The notes beneath the pieces are model-generated. The model worked only from the letters and a program-made list of their open reading frames with translations. It searched no databases and had not been told where the DNA came from. Positions 39,306-52,885 of a stretch of DNA of 64,000 nt are shown in pieces (position 1 is the first letter of the stretch; every line of letters starts with the position of its first letter). This DNA is from Podarcis bocagei (Eukaryota): the NCBI GenBank assembly GCA_964188305.1, contig OZ076890.1; one strand, written 5' to 3'. A program made the position numbers and the translations under genes.

Positions 39306-41660
39306 AACCACTGCTATACAGTATGCTTTCATGCTACTAATCCCACTACTCAAACAGGCTGAGAATATTGCTTACAGAGGGTGCCAGATTTTGAGCAAAG
39401 CTCTATCCTTACATCCTAGTGTAAGGCCACACCATACATGCAGGAAAGAGTCCTAAAGAAAAATGAGAATACTATGATGCCAACAAAATTTAGAGACTGA
39501 GTCACTCATGTATCATTTGGGCATGTGGGCAGCTTGCAGATGCTCCAAGTCACATGCGCTTTCATGGCTGTGTGACATTTAGAAGTGTTAAGTGACCTCG
39601 GGAGAGATTATTTGCTAGGCCAAGCCTAGCTAGAGAGAAAAAGAACAGCATGCTTCAATTCATCCTAAATAACCTTGAGCATTAAAAAAAGAGAATGAGT
39701 GAATGAATGGGCATGGAACAGGATGGTGACTAAAGCCAAGGCAGTAACAAACTGCAGAGTTTAATGGGAGGGGGGTTAATTCAATTGTCCCTCTTTTCCA
39801 CCAGGAATTTAGAAAAAAAGATGTAATCTGTGCAGTAATTAGAGACTAAGCTTGGCACAGATTAACCCTGAAATTTTTAATGATCTTCCCCCACAAAAAT
39901 GGGGACTATAAATTATTCAAGGGACCAATCAGAGGCAATTCATCACTTTTAGATATTTATACTTGGTTTATCTAGGATTCTTTGATGAAGTCATTAGCAT
40001 CAAAATGGGAATCAGAGCCCTACGGTTGGAGTTTTTTTTGCAACTGCAATTTTTTAAACACAAACATTAATGCCCCTTAAAGAAGTCGCTGCAGCTGGAA
40101 CAAAAAAAATGGTCTGGCATCAAAAATTAATGAGATGTTCTTAAATTATGAATGTGAGAAAGTTAAGAGCTGGTTGGCTAAATGGGGCTTGGATTAGAGT
40201 GAGTCAATACATTTGGAGTAATGAAGATACTTCTGTAAATAAAGTGGGTGGTTATTGGCAAGTTGTGGAAAGCATTGGGGGGGGGGGAGGCAAGGTACCA
40301 GCTATGCAAGCCTGATCTCCATGTCCAAATTAACTAATTATACAGAGATTGATGAAGGGAGACAAAAAGTACATTTGGGCCGGTTTCCATTTATTAAATA
40401 ATTAAGAAGGATCAGTGTCATAAGTTATGACCAAATGAAATGTGGTTTTGAACTTGCCATTACAATTCTTGTAAATATTTTTTCAGTAAGAAGAATAAAA
40501 GAATAAGAATAGCAGGCACAAGAAGAGGCAAGGTGAACTCGGTGCATTTCCTCTCACATGGTGGTAATGACAAAAATTGACCCTCATTCTTATTTGACGT
40601 CTGGTGGGACGGGGAACATAAACTGGTGTCCATGAAAGTTCGTTTTGTGGGGCTAATAGTAGCTGTGAGGAGCAATATTTATTAATGGAAAAGTAACTTC
40701 ATTAGAGCAGCATCAGAAACAGGTGTGTGGAGAATTTGCTCTCCTTAATGTAGGACTCAAAGTCCCCCAACATACCTATCTCATCAGAAGAACGCAATCC
40801 ATTGTACGGGAACTACATATTTCACACATGGCAGTGAATCAGGCTTGCACTTGAATAGTCTAGCGTTTTTATATTGTTGTAACCTTCCCTGGGACCTTAT
40901 GGTGAAGGGTAAAAAAGAATCCTGTCAGTCAACCAAGCATTCGCTAGAATAAATCATTTTTGGTTGTTGTCTGAAAGCATCAGATGTTTGCTTTTCTGCA
41001 TAGCATGTGGCAAATGCTATCAGTATTATTTTGAACAGTGTATTGGATCCAATGTTCTGCTCTGACTTGAATAGAAATGCTTCTGTTTGTGCCAGGGGGT
41101 TCGAGAAAGTGCCAGTCTTGTCTTCCTCCCCTCTGCAGTCCATCTCACTCTGAAAAGATGTCCCAGGGGGGCTCCCAGTCCTCTGGAGCTACTTTTTGGG
41201 GTGTGGGAAGCAGCTTAAGATGGGGGAGCAAAACTACAAACATAGAAGAAGGATCTTTGGCATCAAGCCTATTATTCTAGTTTCAGTCTAGTAAATGAAA
41301 AACAAATGTCCCTTTTTTAAAACAGATACAGATAGATGGTAGAAATTATTCCTGGATAAAGAATGCAGTGGATCATTTTATCATGCCTAGTTTGATGTTC
41401 TGTCAGCCACTGGGAGAAAGTGTCTGCATGAATTAATCAGTTGGATGAATTTTCTACTCCAGAGAGGAAGGTGTCACTTGGTAAGTTTTCCCTCAGTGGA
41501 AGACAGAGGGAAGTGTTTATTTATTTATTTAGCTATTCTTGATCTCCAGTGCAGTTCTGTAGGCAGTCAGAACTCTCATAAGTCAAACAAAAAACCATGG
41601 ACAGCTCCAAAGCCACTTGCTAAACCACCTGCTAACGAAGTTGGATCTGAAGCCTTATGT

Positions 41661-41780
41661 CAGGGTGTCTTCCAGATATTGCTGGACCACATCTGTCATA
41701 ATCCCTGATTATATGCTCACTGGGGGTCATGGGATTTGTAGTCCAACAACATATGGAGGGCACCACATTGGCAGTCCCTG
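41661..41780. mobile_element. hAT MITE
   Basis: CAGGG...CCCTG ends, TSD CCTTATGT/CTTTATGT (7 of 8 match), and an internal GGGATTTGTAGTCCAACAACAT motif. Confidence 0.75.
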
Positions 41781-42174
41781 CTTTATGTAAACTGTTGTTA
41801 TATTTGGATAACACCCTCAGGACTTAATTCGAAGGAAATAGGTAAGGCAATGGTTGTACACAAGAACCTTCTGATCTTGCACTTAGTATCGCAGTATGAA
41901 AAAATGTTTGCATTCTATTTGTGATTAAGGATCTGGTCGTAACCCCGAGAAACCTTCCTGTTATTAGTAGTGTCAGAGTTCTTTTTAGACACAAACTGTA
42001 ATAACTGCCTTTGACCATAGAGTTCTTTTTCCAGAAACAGATGTCTTTCTACTAAACACATCTGAGTATCTTCATCCCTGAGGACTTAAAATGTTTTTAC
42101 CTGTTTGCCAATGTAATAATTCTGTAGTAAAGGGTTTGCTTATGAAACTCTGAAGCTAAAGCAGGAATCTATTT

Positions 42175-42455
42175 CAGAGGGTCACAAACTGTTGTCTGTG
42201 GACCACCAGTCCACTAGTGGACTATGAGCTTCATTCAGGTGGTTGGTCTGTGAAGAACAGTTATAATTTGAATTTTATTTAATAAAATACAATATATTAA
42301 AAATAAAAGAAGCAATAAAATACAATTTTAAAATTATACAGCGTTTAGCACAGTGCATTACAATTTGTGCAGCAGGCTGAAAAATCCTTATGTGGTCCAC
42401 CAAGACCAACAGCAATTTTCAAGTGGTCCATGGGGGGGAAGCTTGGAAACCACTG
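42175..42455. mobile_element. hAT MITE, 281 bp
   Basis: CAGAGG..CAAACT / GCTTGGAAACCACTG ends with a perfect 8-bp TSD ATCTATTT. Confidence 0.85.
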
Positions 42456-43171
42456 ATCTATTTAGTTCAGTGCTGCAAACGTCAGTTGGTCCTACAAGTA
42501 CTCTGGCAGAAGTTTCTCCCATCCGCCTGCAATCCTTTAATATTGGATATATCAGGAATTAAACTAGTGTGTGCAAGTCTCCACCATTTAGCCATGGAAT
42601 TTCCAATACTCTCAGTTATTTACTGTCACTTCAAGTCTGAAAGCTGATCCCCTGATGCATAAAATAGCATAGAAAATTGGGCTAGATGACATTGGTATTC
42701 AGGTGCACATCTGAATGTGGATGTTGGGGAACCTGTGGTCCCTGATCTGCCGCAGAAGCTGCTCCTTCTTGTGGGCTCAATACCTGAGGTTATGGATATT
42801 TTATACATTCAAAACACAGGCAATTAATTTCATCATATAGTATTTCATCAATTTTGCCATTAGATTTTTTTATTTAAGCAGCAAAATGTTATCCATGTTA
42901 AATAATTCTAGACACTGCTTTTAGGTGTTAAGGAATATAAAATATTTACTGGGCACAATAAAGTTAGCAATATTTAAGAGCCACTGGTTTCCATGAGGAA
43001 ATTTAACTGTGTATTTACTTTCCTATTGGCATTTATAGGAGCAAAAAGAGCTTCTTCTGTAGCGCACACATTGTATATGGAATGTTAACCTTTATATGCA
43101 TATACTCGGCATATCTATGATATTTATTACCATGCTCTTTTGAGCATATTCAGAAAAGCGAATAAAATGAA

Positions 43172-43474
43172 TGCTGGTTTTCTGTAAAAATGTTTTATTT
43201 CAGTTCTACTTTCAAAATAATACTACATTTATCTCTAATTGTATGATCAAATTCACTTCGTGTATATGTACACATATGCTTTGGTGCAGCTAATATAATC
43301 CATATGCTTTACGGTAATCAAAACCAATAACAAGAAAGTCCATAAATGTGCAAATATTCCTATGACGTTTCTTGTATTTAGGATGCTCACAATCATCATA
43401 TAAATATATAAACTATTGCTGTGAACTTTCTTCATTACAATCAATTTAGCTTCTCCATATGCGTCTTGGCAGAC
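43172..43474 (-). other. SMPX: Probable SMPX non-coding terminal (3' UTR) exon
   Basis: Minus-strand acceptor ttttattttgcag|GTCTG at 43474 and AATAAA at 43199-43194. Contains TATATATTTATATGATGATTGTGAGCATCC, which resembles my recollection of the human SMPX 3' UTR. The upstream exon has a donor just after its stop codon. Confidence 0.7.
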
Positions 43475-44034
43475 CTGCAAAATAAAATCCAAATGAGATT
43501 CATTTGCATTTTTGGAGGAAATACATGGGAATTCTAAAGGGCAATATATTCTTATTCATAGAGACAAACATCATGAGTCAGATAAAACCTTCACAATCTC
43601 CTGCTATGTGGGGGAAGAAAATCTATAGATCAACCTTGTACTGAAAGAGGATGCTATTAAAGATGGGTAACCCAACCAATACACTTGTATGTTGGTACAG
43701 TCCCACAAGACTATAGCTACCCATTTCATCCAGTATGGATGAGAAATGCACATAGTGTTTTTTTGTTTCTTAATGTGTTACTAGTCACATTTATTGTGCT
43801 TGCCCATCCCTGGATTGGGGCCAATGAGACTTGTAGACCCCACTGAGTCATTTTGCTTTATCCTTTCATTGGATTGTTTGCTGTGATATTGTGTGGACGT
43901 AGCTAGACATGGTGGGTGGTGGGGTAGCAGGGGAGGCAGATATGTTTATTCACATGCCAGCCCTGTTCATTTTTAAAGCTGTCTCTAATTTTCGCATCAA
44001 AGGGAGACATAGGTGGGGAGCTGGACCATGAGAC

Positions 44035-44200
44035 CACATTAAGAGCTTTGCTGGATTAGGCCCGTGGCCCATCTGGTCCAGCATCCTGTTTTCATAGTGG
44101 CCAACCAGATGCCTATGGGAAGACTAGAAACAGGACCAAAGTGCAACATCTGTCTCCTGTGGTGTGTCCATAAACTTGTACCCAGAGGCATACTGTCTCT
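44035..44200 (-). mobile_element. CR1/L3 3' UTR fragment
   Basis: AAGAGC..GCTGGATTAGGCC..GGCCCATCTGGTCCAGCATCCTGTT..GTGGCCAACCAGATGCC. Confidence 0.7.
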
Positions 44201-45079
44201 AACTACCCTGTCCCTGGCTTATCCACACTCTTCTTCTTTCAGATATTTCCCCCTCTTCTCAGATAGTATCTGAAACCTGTTAGAAAATCAGTTTTAGTTA
44301 CTGTTTGTGCACAGGTAGATTGGACCCAGAGTGGATTTTCATGAATATTTTATCAAGTTTATACTAAAAATGAAAAAAGAAAGTGAGAAGGGACATTTCA
44401 ATAGCAAATTGCTCACAATACAGTATAATGATCCAGTGTATCACCAAAAGCAGGGGCGTATACTAACAAGTCCTATAAAAATCTCTGCTCTCCCTTATGC
44501 ATTATCAACTCGCACCATCCATCCAAAGGAAAAATTATTTGTCAACCCAACATTTCTTCTGATTTATGCATCTCTTTCACTAACTTTTGACAACATTTTA
44601 TATCTGTTGGGAGCATCCTTAGTTCCAGCTGAACTCAAAGTCTGGAGAAAAATTGCTGTATTCCAGCTTTGTGCAACCTGTGATCCACAAAATTAAATGT
44701 AATCCACTCCACATATAGGGTGATCCTTCAGGGACTTGATAAGCCTCCTTTTATGCTGATTGCTTGGGACAGCTTGTGGAATCCCTAGACGATCACAATA
44801 CATGGCTGGAGAATGCATTGGGTCACAATTTACAGAACTCCCAATATGAATTTAAGGTAGCCTGTTTCTGATTGGTGTGTTGGTCTCATTGGCCCAATTA
44901 GCAAGAAATGCAAAGGAAGTTCTGAAAATGTCTGCTCAGAACATTCAGGCATTGGGAGCTGTTTCTGGCACATTCCCAGATGTCTGAATATAGATAGCTT
45001 TGGTGGATCAGACCTACTGTCTTCTATGATTATTTTTGTCCTAACTATGCTTCAAGGAGTTTGAGGGTGGGGGGACATA

Positions 45080-45215
45080 GTTTTCTCACCCCACCATAAC
45101 ATCTTGAGAGGTAGGTTAAGCTGACAAAGGTAAACTGGCCCAAGATCACCAAAACTAACTTCACGGCTGTATCGCAAATTGAACCTGGGTCTCTGTGGTC
45201 CTAGTCTGATACCAT
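45080..45215 (-). mobile_element. Squam3-like SINE fragment
   Basis: GAGGTAGGTTAAGCTGA..CTGGCCCAAGATCACC..TTGAACCTGGGTCT. Confidence 0.6.
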
Positions 45216-46097
45216 GTTTGCTACCTGTGGGGGCGAGGAAAAGATGACACTCACCCATTCCATGACAGTTGGATCTTATTACAACAATGGTGGAGAGACA
45301 AAATCCTACAATACACTAGAGTTTAGCTTAGGGGCCCTATATGAGCTCATGTGACACACACAGCACTGTCCCTCAACATTTTATTGCCACTCCTCACCAA
45401 CCAGCACCTGTCAATTGAGGCAGCTGGCTCACTCTCCCCAACAGTAGAGCTGGCCTTGATCATGCTGTTTTTTTATATGATTGTGATATTCAATTTATAT
45501 CCTTCCCTTCCTCTCAAAAGGAGCCCAGGGTGGCAAATGCACAAACAACAAACCAATTAAAACACCTAAGAACATCTACTCTAAAAAAAATAAAAATCTA
45601 ATGGCTGAAGGCTGCTGTTGATAAGGAAGGCAAAAGAACATATGAAACTTCTAAAGTTTTGCTCGAGATATTCTGAGTACACAAGTGTACTTGCATTCCA
45701 ATCTGAATAATTACACTCTGCCTACACAAATTCTCCCTGCAGTTTCGTTTGGAAATGTTCCTTCGCTGTTCCTCTCCTAAAGAGTGAGCTTTGCAACTGT
45801 GGGTGGATGAAATGACACTGAAACCGGCAAGAGCTTGTCCTCAGTTTTAAGTGCACAGTGCCTATTAGCTCAATACTGTAGTCTTACTGTTAAGAACATC
45901 ATGTGTCCCAAAGAGCCAGTAAACTATTTTGATAACAATTAATGCGAAAAGTTGCCAGTGCAGAGTGTAGTGTGTGCTATATATAAAATATAAACAGCAT
46001 AGGGTGCATCTATTAATAAGCATTCTGTGTTGTTTAATAGGCTTAAGAGTGCAATCTTATCATGATCTACTCATCCTATTGAGTTCAATGGTAATTA

Positions 46098-46336
46098 CAG
46101 TCATACCTCAGGTTGCGAACGTGATCTGTGCGGGAGGCACGTTCGCAACCCGCAGCACCGCGTCTGCGCATGCGCGTGATGTGATTCAGCGCTTCTGCGC
46201 ATGGCGTCATTTTGTGTTTCTGTGCATGCGCGAGTGCTGAAACCCGGAAGTAACCCGTTCCGGTACTTCTGGGTTCGACGTGGTCCGCAACCCGAAAACG
46301 CACAACCGGCAGCATTCGTAACCTGAGGTAATACTG
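46098..46336. mobile_element. Tigger/pogo-like (Tc1/mariner) MITE, CpG-rich
   Basis: TIRs CAGTCATACCTCAGGTTGCGAA / TTCGTAACCTGAGGTAATACTG with TA TSDs. Inserted into an older palindromic repeat. Confidence 0.88.
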
Positions 46337-47028
46337 TACTCCCAGTTAAGTATGAATAGAATCAAAGTGCAAATAGGTTGCTGTCTATTGGTCAGAGAAT
46401 CTTAAAGAAAGCAGATCATTATGCTGAATTATTTCTATACTAAGTAAATGTAGAAATATCTATAACCTCTTCCCTTTGGAAGAGAAAGTGGGCCACTTTT
46501 AAATTTCCACTAGTTAAGTTCTAGGTATGAGACTTTGTATCTCCATCACCATCACAATTAACAAATGGCAGCATCAAATAGTGCTGTCTTGATATCATCT
46601 TGACAAATATCTGGAACTTCAGGTTCAGTTAGATTATCTATAATAACCATGTATCTGAGGGCTTCCTTTTATTATTTCATTAATGCATAGCAGCATACCA
46701 GCAAACTGATGCCCCAAAATACACTTTGACATAAGAAAAGCTTTTCTCATTTTTCCATTACAGTATTGTTCGGGGGAACCCAGTGCTAAATCATTCGTAG
46801 ATGACCTGATTCTGGGTCAGGGTTTCGTACGTAATTATATCAATCCAGAGCCTCAAAACAGAACCAGAAAAAGGCATACAGGAAAGTCTGTGAATCTAGC
46901 CTCATGGCCTGAGATATATGTATGTTTTGTATATTACATATGTTTTATTATACTGTATTATCTTTGCTTGGTTGCTATGCCTTGTGTCTTGTTAGCATCC
47001 CATTTCAAGGCAGCAGCCTTACTCCCAG

Positions 47029-47078
47029 CAATATTTGAGTCATTTCCGTTGTCCAATATTTGAGTCATTTCCACTGTC
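47029..47078. repeat. 25-bp tandem duplication
   Basis: CAATATTTGAGTCATTTCC(GT/AC)TGTC x2. Confidence 0.9.
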
Positions 47079-47411
47079 TGCTGGAGGTTCCTAATTTGCC
47101 CATGAGGCCATGTCTTCAAAACCCCACTGACCTGTCAATCAGATGACATCACTCTGATGGGTGGGTGACATCAGCTGAGGGTTTGATTACGTGTTGTCTG
47201 TGGGCGCTGGCTCCATGGAAGAAACTGGTGCACACAGCCAATGTTGCAGGGTTTAACACTTGCTCAGGGTAAATACTGCTCAGTTTGGCTGTGCAAGCCA
47301 GTTCCACGCAGAGAACTACCACATGCAGCTAATGCAGCATGTGGTCCTGGCAATGTTCCCCCAGAAATACACAATGCCATATCCTTTTAAGAAAGTATGG
47401 CTCTTCTGAAA

Positions 47412-47540
47412 CATAGAGATCACAGAATTATAGGGTTGGGAGGGACCTTGAGGAGCATGTAGTCCAACCCTCTGCAGTGCAGCAATATGCAGCGGTTCGA
47501 GCCATATGGGGATTGAACCATGCTCTAACCAACTGAGCTC
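47412..47540 (-). mobile_element. tRNA-head SINE with a CR1-like tail
   Basis: Minus strand reads AGCTCAGTTGGTTAGAGCATGGTTCAATCCCC...GGGTTGGACTA..GGTCCCTCCCAACCCTATAATTCTGTGAT. Confidence 0.7.
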
Positions 47541-49724
47541 AAGTACTGTATATTAATTTGTCAATGGCAATTTAAAAACAATAACAGGGCAGTATTCTCC
47601 AGTTATTGCTGAAATCTGCTTTTCTTAAAAGAAAAGCATATACATTGGAGTTTAATGTTCTCTTTAAAAAAATAATGCAGATCTGCTGCACCTCATTTGA
47701 GAAGCCACGTATAATGAAATCATCAGTGCTGGGAATCTCAAGCAAAGGGGTAGATTACTTCCAGGCTAGATGTCTTGGCTGGCTGTGTCTGTCATGTAAT
47801 TAAACACTGACTTTAAGATTCATACACGCAAAGGGAGATGGTGGACGTTGTATTAGCAGTGCTTAGTATGCCACTTTCAAGCCCTTTGTCCTTGCGACCT
47901 CACGCACGCCCTTTACATGCAATTACATGACTGGCATTAGGCTAAGGTTCTTTAAATATTCTCCAGCGGAGAACAAGCAATTGTGTGCTGTATGCCCAAA
48001 GATGCATGAAATGTTTCCCACTCAACAAGAATCTAAGCCAGAGACCATGTGATGTTTACTCCTCGGCTGAACCCATTTATAGACACATTACTCACCACTG
48101 TCCCAGTTAGCATACATGCCCCATTATTTTTTTTTTTAAAAAGTTCTGTTGCCCTTTATACTGTTTGGAGAAAGGCAAAGTGACGAGGCATTGCTGAATT
48201 ATACTGTTAAAAATCCCTCTGAATCTCACCCTGTGGGTTATGGGCAAGATGCATGCACTTGTTTGCATAGTGCATGCCATTAACTTCCAAATGAATGTTA
48301 TTTGGCCCATGTCAGTGAATGGGGGGGGGGGGAGAGATAGGTTTAACAGAAGAAATGTGGAAGGAATGACTTTCTTTACACACTGAGAAATATTTCATTC
48401 TTAGAACACTAAAGCAGACAAACGAAGCTTTTGAAGAAGAGAAATGAACAAAGCAATCCTATATAGATGAAACACAAAAGTTCATGAAGCTTTGTAGGCT
48501 GCAGATAGAATGGGTGCCAAATGTTTGCTTTATGAATGAGAACAGAAAAAAGTTCATCAAACTGTGTATCTCTTTCGGGCCCTATCCCTAGAAAGGAGCT
48601 TCCTGGACTCCACTCAGAATCCATCTAATGTGAGCTTCCATCCTTACCACCATTCCTTTCCATATACATTTTGATTTCAACAGGACCTATGCACGACTCT
48701 GCAACCACAGCTGTTTAGCTGGCAAGGAATGTTTTCCTTTGTGGGAAGGTAAAGTGAAATTCTTTTCAGCCAGCAGCACCAGGTGAGACCACCTTCCTGA
48801 GTAAATTAATACCATCAGCAACCGCAGTCAGAATGAGAAAACGAGAGGCACTGCTGCAAATCAAAAGTTCTGCAGCGATAGAGAGGTGTATTTTTAAAGC
48901 CACAGTTAAGTGCTTACAAGGGGAAAAATAGAGAAATGAACATTTGGCAGGATGAGGCTCAGTCTTTCCTGATTGATCAACAGCCATCAGTAGCTTTTAA
49001 ACATCTAATTCTATAGGCAACTTTTAACGAGGCTGTGTAAGTATGGACACTCTGGTCTCCAGCTGGCAGAAATGCAACATGAAGAGTATCAGGCTTGTTC
49101 CATTTTCTCAGCCTCCAGCAAGCACTTGCAATTATGAATCCTTTGGCTTTCTTTTTGGTCCCTGCTGTTGCTAAGTAACAGAAGTATGTAGACCAATGCC
49201 GAAAAGGCAAAGGCATTTCCCTCTCCTGTTGCTGCAGCAAAACTGCCCTACATTGCAGTAAAAAAGAAAGGGGGGGGGAGAGGAGAGGAGAGAATAAATT
49301 GCAAAATGTGGTGTGAAAGTCGTCTTTTTCAGCTTCAGTTCTTATTCTCTCTTGGAACCATAGGATTGGGAAGAGACCTCAATGTAATCTATTCCAACCC
49401 CATGCAGAAGGAAATCTACCTGCTGCAAACTTTGGTAACAGTTACTTTGATAGTGACATCAATTAAAACTTCAAGGCCATTTTTCCATTTACATTGTTGA
49501 TCTAACTGGACATCGTTTTGTTCATGCAAATGCTACTCTTTCGGGCCATGGTGTAACTGGACAGGCTCTACATATTAATTTCCATCAACTAATCCTAAAT
49601 CTTGGTGCATAGTCCTTTAAAGCTATCATAGATTCATAGAATTGTAGAGATGAAGATGCTCTTCAAATGCTGCCTGTGTAAAGGTGTCGCCATAATAGAT
49701 GAAACTGAGAGACCACTTTGAGAA

Positions 49725-49787
<63 letters not shown>
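49725..49787. repeat. Compound (TG)n(AG)n microsatellite
   Basis: Directly visible. Confidence 0.98.
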
Positions 49788-49789
<2 letters not shown>

Positions 49790-50055
49790 CAGTTTTAGCT
49801 CATTGGAAAGGAAGATAATCTTCCCTATTGATAGTAACATTGGTGGTCAGTGGAAGATGTGAGTAAACTCGCTATGTTATGTCATGTCCCCACTTCGTAT
49901 TGAGAATGATGCTAAATGTTTTAGCTGAGTGCACTGAAAATTTGTTACAGCGATAATAATTTCATGGGTGACCATAATGAACAGCCCAGCTCTTACAGGC
50001 TATATAAAAATGGGGACACTTTCAAGGAGCCAATGAAAGGATGTAGCTCAATGCT

Positions 50056-50056
<1 letters not shown>

Positions 50057-50104
<48 letters not shown>
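50057..50104. repeat. (AC)n microsatellite
   Basis: 24 units. Confidence 0.98.
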
Positions 50105-50107
<3 letters not shown>

Positions 50108-52279
50108 CATTTCCAGCAGCCCAGAAAACAGGAACTCAGAAATGATTTGAATGTTACTAGCATCCCAGTTTTCTGGGAGTAAGCCCCATTGAATGATGGA
50201 GCTTCCTTCTGAGTAAACACACATAGAATTGTGCTGGCTTGTAGGTTATCAGTGAGAAATAACCTTGTAGGTTATTCAGTGACTTCAAATTCACGGTGCC
50301 AATTACTCTCTGAGAAGTGCTGGTAAATATGTCAGCTCTAACCGATGTCACTTCAGAATGAAGTGAAGTGTATGTATCATGACGTGAGCCTCCGATTGAC
50401 TGGTCTCCCAGTGCTGATTATGTTATATGTAATATCAAACAAGCACTGGACATGGCAGCTCTTGGGTTGCTGTCAGGTAATTATGTTTTCCTGGAAGTCT
50501 TATTTAATGATGGATTGACCTCAGGGTCCTTCCATCTTTGGCTGTCGAATAAGAGTTGCAATATCAGAAGGTGCAAAAATTACAGAGAGTATTAAACAGG
50601 GAGGATCAGGCAAGCTCCAGAAAGTATTTTCAAGTTCCCTGTGAGAGTCCACAAAGTAATTTTTTAAAAATCCAATTTTATACCTTTATTTAATTGTGGT
50701 AAATAAACTATCTGGATTTTTTTTTAATGAGAGAAAATTGTATTACATGCTGCAAAGGATTAAAAAAATTCTGAGGGTGAGCTATAGACAGATACTATTC
50801 CTTTGCACCATTGCAATTTAATATTAGGATAAGCAGTTATGTTTATAGTTGAGATTTTGAATAAGGCCTCCATACACAAAGGGCAGAGCTGTGATCCATC
50901 ACAGTTCAGCTGCAAAGGAGCAACTTTCTGATGAGGCACCTTCAGCTTTCAGCAACTGACAGAATGGTGCTATTTAACGAGAAGGGTACTTAACTTAGAT
51001 ACTATGGTCTTTGTTTTGTTTTTTGTATCTGCCCCAAATCCCAAACTATTCTCAGAACAAGAAATAGCCAAGAAAAGCAGTGTTACTCTCCTGCTGTTGA
51101 ATAAGAGATAAGAACATATTGTGAATTTACATTATTAGTAAAAAGGAAAGGGGGGCAGGAAGGAAATATGTTTCTGGTTGTCAGGGAAACCCAGAAGGCC
51201 AAATTATGAACAGAGCTGAACAGTTTCCATAGCTTTGATACTTAAATGAGAAAATGACTAGATCCATTTCTCCAAATGAGGTTCCTAGAAGGAGACAGAG
51301 ATGAAGAGAGATGCATTAAGGCTGTCGTGTCTAAATAGAACTAAAAACGACAAACTCTGAATAAAAAGGTCCAAACGAAAGTGACATCTAAAGGTTCTGG
51401 TCATGCATGGCTCAGTAAAACCAACTGCAAGGAAGCTTTTACATTATATTTAATAATTAGATCTTGAGCGCCTCCTTGAGGAACCAACAAGTCCTGCAGA
51501 TCAGAGCAGCTTCTGAATTCAGCTGTGCTTAAAGAAACATTTCCAGGGTAGGTTTACTGATCATTAGTCCTGATTTGTTTGCAGGGAAATTAGATGAAGT
51601 TGGCTATTTAAATGAAAATTTATTCTGATCTGTTTGCAGGGATATTATGTTATTCCACACATTCAACTGCATGTTCCCTGGGGGAAGTAGGTTGGTTGTG
51701 CCAGATCTCAAAACCAACTATAACTGTGCAACCTGAATTTGCCGGTATGTGACTCAATCCCACCTGACAATCAGACAGCGTGGAAGCACCCTGGGTCAAG
51801 GAAAGAAACCACAACGATGCTTCCAGTGTATCTTAGCCACTAGCTCTAGCTCAAATCCTTTGGTAGAGAGGCAATTCCACGAGGAATTCATACTGCAGGT
51901 ATGCTTTCAATGAATATAAAAGGGTCTAAATGTGTGTGCACCAGCAGCTACACAGTATGAAAGGATACCATTTCTGGGACTAGGTGTCTGATTTGGATAC
52001 ATGTTTTGAAAAAAGCCATGCAAGGCTCTCAGCAAATATGACTCGGCTGAAATAGCCCATGTGATGACTCGTGATCTTGACCCATACAATGCATCAGGAC
52101 AGTTTCTCCAGCTATTATAGATGCAATACTAGCATGAATTAATACATGTGCAGTCTTCAGAAGAACATAAGAATCTGCCTCATACCAAGTCAGTTCCTTT
52201 GTTCTATCAACCTCAGCAGCTCTCTAGGATTTCTTCCCACTGCAACCCACCCCACACTACATGGGCACCCAACTCTCTC

Positions 52280-52885
52280 CATGTTTAGGGCCCTCGTATT
52301 TATGGGACCGCCTCTCCTGGTATGCCCCGCAGAGGAGCTTAAGGTCCAGGAATAACCATAGTTTAGAGGTCCCGGGCCCTAAGGAAGTCAGACTATCCTC
52401 TGCCAGGGCCAGGGCCTTTTCAGTGATGGCTCCGACCTGGTGGAATGCTCTGTCCCATGAGACTAGGGCCCTTCAGGATTTAACCTACTTCCGACAGGCC
52501 TGTAAGACAGAGCTATTCCGCCTGGCCTTTAATTTGAACTCAGCCGGATCTTTTATTTCCCTTCTCCCCCCCCCTTTTTTTTTGAAGATTACCTACTCTG
52601 GGACCCCACAGCTAATTCTCCCCTGGCCTCCTCGCTGGGCCAAGTAGGACTAATTTAGCCAGCTAGCCCTGGTGACTGTCTAATGTTTATTGGATGTATT
52701 TCCATCAAATTGATTTTTTGAACTTTGAATTTTATTGTTATTCATGTTTTTATACTGTATTTTATGCTGCTTTTATGTTGTATTACAATTAAGTGTTTTA
52801 AATTTGTTGTTAGCCGCCCTGAGCCTGGGTTTATGAACTGGGAAGGGCAGGGTATAAATAAAAAATTATTTTTTATTATTATTAT
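52280..52885 (+). mobile_element. 5'-truncated L2 LINE (ORF2 C-terminus plus 3' UTR)
   Basis: LGPSYLWDRL..YAPQRSLRS..RAFSVMAPTWWNAL..FRQACKTELFRLAF is a typical L2 ORF2 end. It terminates in AGCCGCCCTGAG..GGGCAGGGTATAAAT and a (TTA)n tail. Confidence 0.9.

Noticed and set aside
52261-52647. 128-aa ORF
   Set aside because: It is the ORF2 C-terminal remnant of a truncated L2 LINE, not a host gene.
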